This document shows, piece after piece, positions 59,114 through 59,919 of a stretch of DNA of 59,919 bases. The notes under the pieces are model-generated. The model did not search any database and was not told the DNA's origin. It saw nothing but the letters and a program-made list of their open reading frames with translations. This DNA is from Bacteriovoracaceae bacterium (lineage in GTDB: Bacteria; Bdellovibrionota; Bacteriovoracia; Bacteriovoracales; Bacteriovoracaceae): positions 1 to 59,919 of the forward strand of contig JABIHA010000006.1 in assembly GCA_018649885.1 (NCBI GenBank). Reading direction: 5' to 3'. Within the stretch, counting starts at the first letter, position 1. Each line of letters starts with the position of its first letter. The translations under genes were made by a program, and so were the position numbers.

Positions 59114-59919
59114 CTGAAATTTTTAAGAATTATTCACATTCTTAAATCCAAAGTGGGAACTCTCTCACATTCACTACCCATTGTCCTGACCCTACTACTT
59201 ACCTCTTGTATGAATCAACAACAAGGCTTCGAAGAAATGTTGTTTGGCAAAAAGAAAAATGCTGAACAAAGCGAGGCCATGAAGTGTTTATTCTACCCAG
59301 ACACTCCTGAGTGTAACGGCACTGCCGCCGCCGAAGCCGCTTCAACTGCAGCTGCCGCCGCCGCAACGGCCGTGGCACAATCAACTGCCGTTGCTGCAGC
59401 TGCAGCGACCGCAACTTCAGGTGCAATTCCAGGACCTACTGCAACAGCACAGGCCCAAGCATCAGCCACTGCTGAGTCGATCGCATCCGCAACTGCCGAG
59501 GCCGTCGCCTCTGCTACTGCCGAGGCTGGTGCATCTGCTACCGCAGAATCAATTGCATCTGCTACTGCCGAAGCCGCTGCCTCATCTACTGCCGAATCAA
59601 TTGCGTCTGCTACTGCCGAGGCCGTCGCCTCTGCTACTGCCAAAGCCGTTGCCTCTGCTACTGCCGAATCAATTGCCTCCGCAACTGCCGAGGCCGTCGC
59701 CTCTGCTACTGCCGAAGCTGGCGCATCTGCTACCGCAGAATCTGTTGCCTCTGCTACTGCCGAAGCCGTTGCCTCTGCCACTGCCGAAGCTGCTGCCTCT
59801 TCAACTGCGGAATCAATAGCATCTGCTACCGCTGAAGCTGCTGCCTCATCCACTGCCGAGGCCCAAGCATCGGCCACTGCCGAAGCCGTTGCCTCTGCCA
59901 CTGCCGAAGCTGCTGCCTC
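59114..59919 (+). CDS. Ala/Ser/Thr/Glu octapeptide-repeat lipoprotein, 3'-truncated by the window (start CTG 59114 or GTG 59153)
   Basis: Frame 2 is open to the window end: ...IVLTLLLTSCMNQQ...CLFYPDTPECNG, then (ASATAE[AS][VIAG])n. Missing from the ORF track because it has no stop in the window. Confidence 0.8.
   Translation, partial: MKFLRIIHILKSKVGTLSHSLPIVLTLLLTSCMNQQQGFEEMLFGKKKNAEQSEAMKCLFYPDTPECNGTAAAEAASTAAAAAATAVAQSTAVAAAAATATSGAIPGPTATAQAQASATAESIASATAEAVASATAEAGASATAESIASATAEAAASSTAESIASATAEAVASATAKAVASATAESIASATAEAVASATAEAGASATAESVASATAEAVASATAEAAASSTAESIASATAEAAASSTAEAQASATAEAVASATAEAAA
59458..59919 (+). repeat. 24-nt coding tandem repeat
   Basis: Degenerate copies of GCCTCTGCTACTGCCGAAGCCGTT, with variation concentrated at third codon positions. 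Confidence 0.92.

Noticed and set aside
59293..59901. 202-aa minus-strand Ala-rich ORF and 142-aa Leu/Pro-rich plus-strand ORF (59391..59819)
   Set aside because: Both are shadows of the 24-nt repeat. The frame-2 plus-strand ORF has an RBS and a lipoprotein signal.
59458..59919. Possible CRISPR array
   Set aside because: Contiguous degenerate coding repeats with no unique spacers and no cas genes.

Overview
Low-to-moderate GC bacterial window. Its protein repertoire (subtilases, degenerate HD-GYP, a Bdellovibrio-type HNH family gene, many secreted hypotheticals) resembles a predatory Bdellovibrionota (Bacteriovorax/Halobacteriovorax-like) genome; the taxon is an inference. From left to right: the frameshifted right end of an IS66-like element; a purine uptake/xanthine-dehydrogenase operon with its own Moco maturation genes; PPIase, HD-GYP, STAS and subtilase genes; an amber-interrupted HNH gene bracketed by ~390-bp inverted repeats; a secreted phospholipase D with a partner gene; a URC-type uracil catabolism operon; a catalytically dead subtilase lipoprotein; lexA with an unusual operator followed by structured non-coding DNA; ampG, rpsU, an aldolase/SDR fusion; and a truncated Ala-rich repeat lipoprotein. 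The standout is 33676-45688, a candidate ABC-less, peptidase-coupled export system: a PqqD/RRE-like-M50 peptidase-MFP fusion, a 3xGAF-MFP, a stand-alone MFP and two TolC proteins around a 1012-aa hyper-acidic repeat protein with a basic LEERIAP leader, with sigma28-like promoter motifs. No rRNA, tRNA or CRISPR array was recognised. All calls come from motif reading by eye; no database searches were run.
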